NCBI GenBank assembly: GCA_030668875.1
Contig: DAOVER010000030.1
Span: 1-32,000 of the forward strand
Reading direction: 5' to 3'
From: Candidatus Heimdallarchaeota archaeon
Lineage (GTDB): Archaea > Asgardarchaeota > Heimdallarchaeia > Heimdallarchaeales > Heimdallarchaeaceae
DNA length: 32,000 bases
In this document: positions 15,850 through 24,312 of the stretch, piece after piece
How positions within the stretch are numbered: the first letter of the stretch is position 1
How the letters are laid out: every line of letters begins with the position of its first letter
Translations under genes and position numbers: made by a program
The notes under the pieces: model-generated
Database searches by the model: none
What the model was told of the DNA's origin: nothing
The model's input: the letters and a program-made list of their open reading frames with translations, nothing else

Positions 15850-17031
15850 TTAAAGAAGATTTAGCTCTTTATGCTTTTCTGCTATTTTTTCTGCCATTGT
15901 GTCTAATGCTTTGAAAATTTCTTCTTTTGGATGACCTTTGGCATAAACAGGTTCTAAAATCTCAACATCCTTTAATCCAGGTACCATACTGACAACTTGA
16001 TCTATTGTCTTTGTAAACCATCCATACGAACCAATTACTGAAATTAGTTTAATTTTTGGTTTCAAGGCATTTAGTAGATAGGCTGCATATACTGCTAATG
16101 GATGGGGACCGCCATGAACTGTAGGAGTACCAAGAATCACTGTAGCAGCATCGACTAGAGTTATAGCAAGTTTTCCTATATCTACAACAGCTAAATCAAA
16201 CTGATGGACAGTCACACCTTTTTTTGCTAATGCACCAACTAAGTATTCTACCATGATTCTTGTGCTTCCGTGCATGGATACATAAGGAATAACAGCAACA
16301 TTTTTTGGTGTATCTGCAATCCAATCTTCATAAGCATCTATTATAAACGATGGTTTGTCATAAATAGGTCCATGACTGGGAGCTATCAGTTGTATTTCCA
16401 ATTGTTTTACTTTCTCAATGTTTTTTCGAATAATTTTGCTAAAAGGCATCATTATTTCTGCAAAATATCTTTTAGCAGCTTCATAGACTAATCCTTCATC
16501 TTTAACATAGAGATCGGTTGTTGCAACATGTGAACCAAAGAAGTCACAAGAAAAGAGTATTTTATCTTCTATAAGGTAGGAAACCATTGTTTCTGGCCAA
16601 TGAACCCATGGAGTATGGATGAATTTTAATGTTTTATCACCTAAACCAATTTCCTCCCCGTCTTCTACAATCTGTATTTGTTCTAGAGAAATTAACAAAT
16701 GATCTATCAACATCTCTTTTCCTTTTTTAGTTGCGAGAACTTTAGCTGATGGATATTTCTTAAGAACAGCTGGTATTAACCCTGAATGATCTTGTTCTGT
16801 ATGGTGAGATACAATGTAATCAATTTTTTCAACATCTTTCAATTGAAAGAAAAACGTATCTGTCATGCTTGGATCTACAGTGTCGAGCAAAACGGTTTTT
16901 TCACTTCCTTGAATCAAATATGAATTATAACTAGTTCCATCTGGAAGAGGTATAAGCGAATCAAATAACCTTCTATCCCAATCAATTCCACCTAACCAAT
17001 AAACATTTTCGATTATCTTTCGTTTTTTCAT
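15850..17031 (-). CDS. fprA: Flavodiiron (A-type flavo)protein
   Basis: GTSYNSYLI, HHTEQDHSG, PWVHWPE, LFSCDFFG, IAPSHGP diiron ligands in a metallo-beta-lactamase fold; flavodoxin domain YVSMHGST, GTPT, GSYGW; start ATG 17031. Confidence 0.93.
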   Translation of the reverse strand: MKKRKIIENVYWLGGIDWDRRLFDSLIPLPDGTSYNSYLIQGSEKTVLLDTVDPSMTDTFFFQLKDVEKIDYIVSHHTEQDHSGLIPAVLKKYPSAKVLATKKGKEMLIDHLLISLEQIQIVEDGEEIGLGDKTLKFIHTPWVHWPETMVSYLIEDKILFSCDFFGSHVATTDLYVKDEGLVYEAAKRYFAEIMMPFSKIIRKNIEKVKQLEIQLIAPSHGPIYDKPSFIIDAYEDWIADTPKNVAVIPYVSMHGSTRIMVEYLVGALAKKGVTVHQFDLAVVDIGKLAITLVDAATVILGTPTVHGGPHPLAVYAAYLLNALKPKIKLISVIGSYGWFTKTIDQVVSMVPGLKDVEILEPVYAKGHPKEEIFKALDTMAEKIAEKHKELNLL

Positions 17032-17299
17032 GTGAAATAAAAAAAATAGGAGTATATAACTTATTCTTAAGGACAATTATATCTAAAATTGATCTCATAC
17101 TTGGAAGAAAAAGTGATTGTAGAAACATTCTTCTTTATTCCATTATTTGTGGGAAATAGAAAGTTACATAGGTATACCTAATCTTCTAATCCTATTACAC
17201 TTTACAAAACTCTTTCACTTGTGATTATCACTACATCCTTCATATATGTATTCAGCAATAAACTTAAGGTGAATATTGTACTATTTCACTTGAAAAATT

Positions 17300-18400
17300 A
17301 TGCGAAAAATCATGTTTGCAGCTTTAGTTGTGATTCATGGTTTCATTCACCTTTTAGGATTTTTTAAAGCATTCAATTTAGCTGATATTAGTTTGTTAAC
17401 ACAAAGTATTTCAAAACCACTAGGGATTCTTTGGTTGCTTGCAGCAATCATCTTTTTGACAGTAGTTGTTTTGTATTTGTTAAAGAGCGGATGGTGGTGG
17501 ATTCCAGCAGTTTTAGCAATTATTCTCTCTCAAACATTGATCATATCTTCGTGGGTAGATTCTCAATTTGGAACATTGGCTAATATATTAATTCTTCCTG
17601 TTTCAATTGTTGGATTTGCTACTTGGCTTTTCAATTTAAAAGTGAAACAGGAAAAGAAAGAGGTTTTATTGCAATCTTCCCCACAAGACAAAACTTTGAT
17701 CACCGAAGAAAACATATCTAATTTACCAAGTCCTGTGCAAAACTGGCTTAAAAATTCAGGAATTGTGGTAAAAGAAAAGATACGAACAGCCTATCTCAAA
17801 CAAAGTGGACTTATGAGATTAAAACCTAATCAAGAGAAATGGATTAAAGTAGAAGCTGAACAATATATTACAAATAACCCTTCATTTATTTGGAAGGCTA
17901 ACTTGTCTATGATACCATTGATAAATGTCGTTGGTAGAGATCTTTATCTTCATGGTCAAGGAAGTATGAAGATTAAAATTGCTTCAATTATACCCGTCGT
18001 TAATGTTTCGAATAACGACAAACTCAACCAAGCTACACTACAACGTTATTTAGGAGAAATTGTTTGGTTTCCTTCTGCTGCAATTAGTCCATATATTAGC
18101 TGGGAAGAAATAGATGATCTTTCTGCTAAAGCAACAATGACATTTAATGATGTTTCGGGTGATGCAGTATTTCATTTTAATGAAAAAGGCGATTTGGATA
18201 AATTTACCGCACAAAGGTATTATGAAACTGATGAAAGTGCTGAATTGAAAGAATGGATTGCTGAAGTAAAGGAAACGAATATTGTAAATGGTGTTAGAAT
18301 ACCTACAAAATTAGAAATTTCTTGGGTTCTGGATACAGGTGTATTTACTTGGTATAAATTTGAAGTGTTTGATATTGAATACAATCAAGACGATTCCTAA
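17300..18400 (+). CDS. DUF6544-like membrane-anchored protein
   Basis: Four N-terminal TMs starting HGFIHLLGF; LP.PVQ.WL..SG, W...EAEQY, F.W.A, RYLGEIVWFP.A, VRIPT..EISW. Confidence 0.75.
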   Translation: MRKIMFAALVVIHGFIHLLGFFKAFNLADISLLTQSISKPLGILWLLAAIIFLTVVVLYLLKSGWWWIPAVLAIILSQTLIISSWVDSQFGTLANILILPVSIVGFATWLFNLKVKQEKKEVLLQSSPQDKTLITEENISNLPSPVQNWLKNSGIVVKEKIRTAYLKQSGLMRLKPNQEKWIKVEAEQYITNNPSFIWKANLSMIPLINVVGRDLYLHGQGSMKIKIASIIPVVNVSNNDKLNQATLQRYLGEIVWFPSAAISPYISWEEIDDLSAKATMTFNDVSGDAVFHFNEKGDLDKFTAQRYYETDESAELKEWIAEVKETNIVNGVRIPTKLEISWVLDTGVFTWYKFEVFDIEYNQDDS

Positions 18401-18599
18401 TTCTATTATGACAATGCAATATTTCTTTATTTTTTTAGTTAATAAAACTGAGAACTTAATCAAATATTTAATTCTCCTGACTTAACTTCTATAATTGGGT
18501 TTGTAGTGCTAATTATAGTGACTATTGGTGTTATTTTTATGACTAGGTTTGTAAAAAATACAAACATAGAGATGAAAAAGGTTCGATTCTTGGGAATGT

Positions 18600-19064
18600 T
18601 TAATTTAGTTCTTCATTATATTCTGCTCTGGTAGAATCATATTTTTTCGCTTCATCTGGGTCTGTTAGATTATTCCAATACTCCTTATATCTGCTAGGGA
18701 TGTCTTGAATGTTTTCGTGATTGAGTATATAATTAGTGGGCATAGGGTGAGTTCCTATCTCTACCTTAACTCTTATATTCTTCTCAATATGATTTTTGAA
18801 AACATCTATGTTAGGACATGGAGGGTATCCGGCTAACATACCAGTTGCAAAATGTATAACGTTTGCACCATAATTTTTCATTCCTGAAGCAACATATTCA
18901 ATATTGCCTCCTGGGCACCCACCACAAGTTGAGTAACCAATTACTTCCACTTCTTCTTTACCATACCTTTTAAAAGCGCCATCTCGTTCTCTAACAGCCC
19001 TGAAACATTTCCCTCCATTGCAAGTTTTATAACGATCACAAATAATAATGCCTATTCTTTTCAT
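18600..19064 (-). CDS. CGGC-domain metal-binding protein
   Basis: IGIIIC.RY..C.GGKC, GYSTCGGCPG, IHFATG...GYPPCP, GTH. Confidence 0.9.
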   Translation of the reverse strand: MKRIGIIICDRYKTCNGGKCFRAVRERDGAFKRYGKEEVEVIGYSTCGGCPGGNIEYVASGMKNYGANVIHFATGMLAGYPPCPNIDVFKNHIEKNIRVKVEIGTHPMPTNYILNHENIQDIPSRYKEYWNNLTDPDEAKKYDSTRAEYNEELN

Positions 19065-19306
19065 CTTAAATCGTAATGAAAATTAATTAAAATGATTTAA
19101 ACCTTATTCATTGACTCTATTTGTTTGATATAGTAAAAAATGAAAATCATTCCAGCTAAATCTTTTTTTTAGTTCTATAATTAGAAATTGTTTTTTTAAT
19201 TTAAAAACTTATGATTTTTCCTTTTTTACTTTCCCAAATCTCAATGTCCTTCCTTCTGTAATTGCGTTTTAGATTATCTAATTAAAAAAAAGAAAGAGAA
19301 AAAAAA

Positions 19307-21950
19307 TTATTTTTTAGGTTTCTTAATTAGTTTGACAATAGTAAAAACTCCCCAGATTGATGCTACTGCTCCTGCACCAACGAGTGTACCCCAACTTTGG
19401 AAAAATGAAACAAATGATGATGGAATTGTTAAGTCTATAGTAAAATTGTAACAATGGTTGTTTCCTGCATTATCATAAGCTACAACCGTGATGTTGTGTG
19501 GACCACTATCTTGTTGAATACTAGTGTCCCAGTTATATTCGTAGATAGTATCTTCTTGAGGTGTTGTAAGAGTAGCAATCAATTGAAGATTATCAATAAC
19601 CTCAACCTTTTGTATACCACTTCCAATATCAGAAGCATTGATTTTGATGTTTGTTATACCAATCGATGGAGAGGTTGCGAGATCAACTATTACCACGTTT
19701 GGTTCTATGTCATCTATTATTTCGTATGAATAAAATGCTCCTGAATTGTCATCTACTCTTAGATTCCCTTTTGTATCAAGTAATTCAAACCTAAACTGAA
19801 CGTTTGTTCCATAGTCAAAAGCTGGTAGTGTAACCTCATAATTACCCATATACGGAATACAAGGTAATCCGACCCAGTTTGATTCATACAGGTAGAAAAG
19901 GTTAATCTCTTCAATTTCTGATAGTAAATCTTCTGCAAAGATATCCATCTTAACTTTATCGTAGTAGGTGGGGGTATCCAAAATTTCCCACGAGAGTAAT
20001 TCTGGTCCATTTGTGTCTTTTACAAAGTTCATATCATCAAACATTACTGAAACATAACTACCTGTGCCATATGCTGCTGCAACTAATTCTACCCTAGTTA
20101 GATTCCAAAGTTCATCTCCAAAAGCATTAGAAGCATCTTTACTAATATCTCGAACTAAATTATTCCATACTCCAGTTTGGTTAAATTGTTTAACCAAATA
20201 GCATTGGGTGCTACTTGTATTTGTAAAAGATGCTACTTGCCCAGCTCCAAGAATGTAGTGGATATTATAACCTCCTTCAAATGTTAATTTTATAGTGGAA
20301 AAGGAATTCGTTACTGCATCAATAGAGTTCAATTTCCACCAAAAATCTGTATAGAGATTGTCTCTGACGTAGAACATCAGATTTCTATATAGTGAAACTT
20401 CGCCATAATTTTCAAAGGATGTGAGATTAGCTCCCCAAATTCTGCTATGGCTGTCATCTGTTGAAGATATGTGTGTTTCAGTAGAGCTAGTACTCCAGCT
20501 TGTAATAGGAACAGAAGGAGTTCTATACCATTCTTCTTCAAAAGAAGGATCAGCTAAAGGATAAGTGTTGATTTGTAAATCATCGATTAATAAATTAACT
20601 GTGGAATTTGCATAGTATCCAGAATTAGTAATCAAACTAAGACTAGTAATAACTTGATTACTTAAATTAAAGGCTTCGTAAAGCTCAAACATATCAATGT
20701 GAAAATGATTCCAAGCCCCTTTTACGCTAGATAAAGAGGTGTTCAAGTAATAATACTCGTAAGTTGGTTGGGAGTAATTTGACCAAGGAATTTCATCTTG
20801 ACCACTTCCTAAAAACCAGTAAAAATAGCTTTGATAACTTTCATTTTGCCCTTGTAAATAGAAATATGCATATTGTTCAGTACCACCGTTTAAAACATCT
20901 GTATATTTCCAATCAAAGTCTATCTCCACCATTCCAGGTGATGAAGGATAGTATCCCCTCCTAAACGTTTCATAGGATGACATAGAGTAAGAAATAGAAC
21001 TTGATGAACTTGAACTTGCGTAGTAAGAATTTGCTGTCAAATTCAAAGATTTATCTCCTTCTATTGAATCATCACTTAATCCAATGTACCCTCTTCCTTC
21101 TTTGTTACCTGCCCAACTTGATCCTGTCCCTGTTTCAAAATCTCCATTATCAGCTAAATAGTTGAAGGAAGAATCATTTTGCATACTAACGTCGTCTATA
21201 ACTAGTTCAGTGAAACCAGTACCATGATACGGTGAAGTTGAGTAGAAATATATGTAATATACATATACTGTAGAAGAAACACTTCCAAAAGCTTGTTCAA
21301 AATCATTTGTAACATTTCTTTGTGCTAAATGTTGCCAACTAGCTGCAGGTCTAATCATATTGAAATATGCTCGATAAGTGTCATTCGTCATCGAAAAGGA
21401 AGATGCTGATAAATAATAGTTTATAGTATACCATTGAAAAATAGCTGGATCAAATATTCTTAGTCTCGCATAAGAACTACCTCCAATAGTTATATCTGGA
21501 TTAGCAACTGTATTCCACCAAAAATCTAAAGATATATTCTCAGCTAAATTCGGTAAAAAAGGTTGACTATAATATCCCCAAATTATGTAATTAGTTGCAC
21601 CACTAATTTTTGTTCCCTCACACGAAGAGTACCCTGAATATAAACCATTATGTGTTAGTGATTGATAGTTAAGTTCACTGTAAGAGTTGCTGCTAATAGA
21701 ATGGTCCATACGTTCAGGTAGGCCTTCAGGAGTTGACTCTTCAAAGTTCCCATTAGGAATAATATTCGTCCATAATTGTTCTTCTCCTCCAGCTCCTACT
21801 GCTGCAAAAATTTGATTTATTTTACTCTGCTGGGGAGAATTGTTTGTTGTGGATATTTGTTTACCTAATACTAGATCTGAAGTAACTGTTGAAATAAAAA
21901 AAAATCGTAAGTAGGAAAACTGCTAAAATAGTTTTACTTTTCTTTTTCAT
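19307..21950 (-). pseudogene. About 880-aa surface protein with three CBM4/9-like domains, Ig-like domain(s) and TM anchor; +1 frameshift in signal-peptide T9 tract
   Basis: ATG 21950 (GGCGAT SD) MKKKSKTILAVFLLTIFF; a T8 instead of T9 at 21896-21904 restores ISTVTSDLVLG...NIIPNGNFEE..RMDHS, in frame with ORF 19307..21709; repeats start NGNFE/NGDFE/DPSFE; tail TM plus KLIKKPKK. Confidence 0.85.
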
Positions 21951-22140
21951 TATATCGCCTTTTATTGTATTTAATTGGATAATTACCTTTTTAAGATAAT
22001 CATCTAAAATATATAAAGTTTCTTTGTAACTGTTTTAAATCATGAAAATTAGTTTTTAAGAAAAAAAAGGAGGAAAAATATTATATTATATTATTTTTCA
22101 TTTCGATTCACTTATGACATGAATTGTGTACAAATTCTTT

Positions 22141-22280
22141 AGAAGTGCCTGAGCACATCATGGAGACGCCACATCCCCTCCTACACCGCCCACATCTTCT
22201 TTCAAAGGTGCTTACGGTTCGCTTTTGGATGTTCGTTGGATGTAGCCCCGAGGATCATCATGTAATTGATGCATAGCTAC
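22141..22280. ncRNA. Candidate structured RNA (unidentified), strand probably minus
   Basis: 22141-22260 is 63/120 GC against about 30% background; on the minus strand GCUACAUCC/GGAUGUGGC form a 9-bp stem with a G.U pair; TATA-like TTATAAAT at about 22290-22297. Confidence 0.35.
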
Positions 22281-22577
22281 AATCCTTAAATTTATAATCT
22301 ACACTACCCTACTTAAACTCCAAAAAAATGTACAAAAAGTATGTTGTAAACAGATGAAATGAGCCTTAAATTTGAAGTTTTTGGTTTTCAAAAGTTTATA
22401 ATTGTATTAACTGTTAATCTCAATAGATTAAAAACACAAGATAAATAAAGCATAAAGAGAAAAAAAAGCAGGAAGTCTCTGTGCAAATTGTGTTTTAAGA
22501 GACAAAGGAATTTCGTCTCGAAATTTCACAATCTCCAAGAGATTAGGGGAGGATTAATCCTCTCCCACTCCTTCTAA

Positions 22578-22628
22578 TTATGGTGGCCAAAATTCTGGCT
22601 CGTCAGGGTCTCCACCGGGACTAAACAT
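22578..22628 (-). CDS. Micro-ORF MFSPGGDPDEPEFWPP (16 aa)
   Basis: Perfect SD AAGGAGGTG (22646-22638) 9 nt before ATG; Pro/Gly/Asp codons explain the local GC spike; followed by hairpins and a T-tract. Confidence 0.5.
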   Translation of the reverse strand: MFSPGGDPDEPEFWPP

Positions 22629-22750
22629 CTTTCCATGCACCTCCTTATGTCACTATTGTTTGGAAGACAACAAGGAGGGATCTTCTATGTCAAAAAGGAC
22701 GAAACTTGGCTTTTTACCCCTCTTCAGTCTGTAAGATGCTGTTTTAGCTG

Positions 22751-22768
22751 TCGGGTATTTTTACCCGA
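22751..22768. promoter_or_regulatory. Palindromic operator candidate upstream of the tandem-Lrp gene promoter
   Basis: TCGGGTA-TTTT-TACCCGA (7-4-7 perfect); TATA TTAAATA at 22794-22800, about 30 nt before ATG 22825; partial repeat TTTTTACCC at 22701. Confidence 0.55.
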
Positions 22769-22824
22769 TACTCCATCATATGAAGGAAAATCGTTAAATA
22801 AAACAAAAAACTCTATAGATTGCC

Positions 22825-24312
22825 ATGTCTGGCATTACAAATCAGAATCTTGTAATTAGATTGGAGGAAGCGGAAAAAATCTTGGAGGATGATTATACTC
22901 AATTCCATAGTATTATAGTTGACAATTATATCCAGTATGAATCTCCATTGTGGGACATAGCTTGCTTTCTGACCTTCTATGAACTTTCACCTAAATCAGT
23001 AAAAAGGCAGAAATGGGTGGAATACTGGTTCAAATTCAGTAAAACAAGAAGATACAAGAATCTAGTTTACATGGTTCCAGCCAGCTATGTTGCATTATCT
23101 GATTTGCGTAAAGCCAAAGACTTTTTCGTCGATCTTTTAGAACAAAGCAGAAAATCAGTGAAAGAGTTAGCTTGGGAAACTTTCCTATCTATTTTCTATC
23201 AATTCAGAGCATCTGTCAAACCCTCATTCAATAAAAGAGAATTTACAGTGTTTAAGACAATTCTAGATAGACAAACAATGGTTTCAAGCGAACTTAAAGA
23301 TTACTTAGATATTGATCTCTCCAATATTTCAAAATATAAAACTATCGTAGAATACAAGAGAGTCTTACATCAAGGTATATCATTAAATTATCACAAACTT
23401 GATCTTTCAGTATATGGTTTGATGTTCGAATACCCTCTGACTAAGGATATTGACCTTTACTCTGAATTGTCAAATAGTGTGTTTTTTCATTCTTTGTATA
23501 CTGGAAATGTTGGATGCAGATCCGCTCTCTCATATTTTGTTGCTCCTAGACATAAAAAGGTGGAAGAAGACTTCAATAAATTATCAAAGAGAATAAGTAA
23601 AAATAATCATATCCCTTACTCTCGTATTTTACGGTTTCTAACAGAAACCAGATTAAAATCATTTAATTGTGGTATTTACGATTTTAAGAATGGACATTGG
23701 ACACTCAATCCTCAAAATCTTCAGTTTACGCTTCAAGATTATGATTCAAGATTAATAGAAACAGTACCCATCCTAACACGTGATTTTGAGAACTGTGATT
23801 ATGAAAAACTAAAATTGAATAAAACGGGTCTTGATATCTTAAATCACATACTAGCAAATATGCATCTGTCGATAAGGGATATAGTCAGTGATCTTGGATT
23901 AACAGAAAAGGAAGTAAAGAAACAAGTTGATAATCTTCGAAAAAACGAGTTGTACAAATTAAGATACAACCCCTTATTCGTGTTTGGCTTAAAACATATT
24001 ATCATATTTCTTCATGATTCTCATAAAAATCAGCATGAGATCCATAAGACTCTATCCTTTTTCCCAGAAGTATATAGTGAACAATATGTATCTAAAGGAA
24101 AAAATGGTCTTTACATTGTTCTTAGGATCCCTTATGAGCTTGTAGTTGATGCAATTGAGTCTCTTACTAACTTTTTCAAAGGAAAAATAGAGAATCTTTT
24201 CATTGTTGACCAAATGATTACAACAAGATATCAGTTGCCTGTAGATAGATATGAAACAGTTTTTCAGGAGTGGAAATACTCTTCTGAAGATATTTTGGGA
24301 GTTGATTTTTGA
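22825..24312 (+). CDS. Tandem Lrp/AsnC-like winged-helix regulator with an extra N-terminal helical domain
   Basis: HTH1 NKREFTVFKTILDRQTMVSSELKDYLDIDLSNISKY with linker LNYHKLDL; HTH2 LNKTGLDILNHILANMHLSIRDIVSDLGLTEKEVKKQVDNLRKN with linker NPLFVFGL; each followed by an alpha/beta domain. Confidence 0.75.
   Translation: MSGITNQNLVIRLEEAEKILEDDYTQFHSIIVDNYIQYESPLWDIACFLTFYELSPKSVKRQKWVEYWFKFSKTRRYKNLVYMVPASYVALSDLRKAKDFFVDLLEQSRKSVKELAWETFLSIFYQFRASVKPSFNKREFTVFKTILDRQTMVSSELKDYLDIDLSNISKYKTIVEYKRVLHQGISLNYHKLDLSVYGLMFEYPLTKDIDLYSELSNSVFFHSLYTGNVGCRSALSYFVAPRHKKVEEDFNKLSKRISKNNHIPYSRILRFLTETRLKSFNCGIYDFKNGHWTLNPQNLQFTLQDYDSRLIETVPILTRDFENCDYEKLKLNKTGLDILNHILANMHLSIRDIVSDLGLTEKEVKKQVDNLRKNELYKLRYNPLFVFGLKHIIIFLHDSHKNQHEIHKTLSFFPEVYSEQYVSKGKNGLYIVLRIPYELVVDAIESLTNFFKGKIENLFIVDQMITTRYQLPVDRYETVFQEWKYSSEDILGVDF

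Noticed and set aside
15612-15914. 100-aa plus-strand ORF
   Set aside because: GTG start without SD, low-complexity antisense of the fprA end and the remnant
22159-22187. Fluoride-riboswitch-like words ATGGAG...CTCCTAC (also GATGGAGT...GCTAA at 22735-22785, minus)
   Set aside because: P1 stem and the GCUAAUGAC core are missing in the first; the CUCC partner is missing in the second
22110-22270. C/D-box or SECIS interpretation of ATGATGA/ATGA motifs
   Set aside because: No correctly placed CUGA boxes or GA quartet with a full helix, and no upstream selenoprotein
22481-22492. Further MarR/GbsR operator copies (GTGCAAATTG at 22481, TTTGCAC at 29507)
   Set aside because: Half-sites only; no second arm at N5 spacing
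22687-22734. Plus-strand micro-ORF MSKRTKLGFLPLFSL with AAGGAGG
   Set aside because: Its apparent SD is the complement of the anti-SD arm of the minus-strand hairpin, and wobble pairing favours the minus strand; not fully excluded
22635-22859. 74-aa ORF
   Set aside because: No SD, overlaps the promoter, operator and start of 22825
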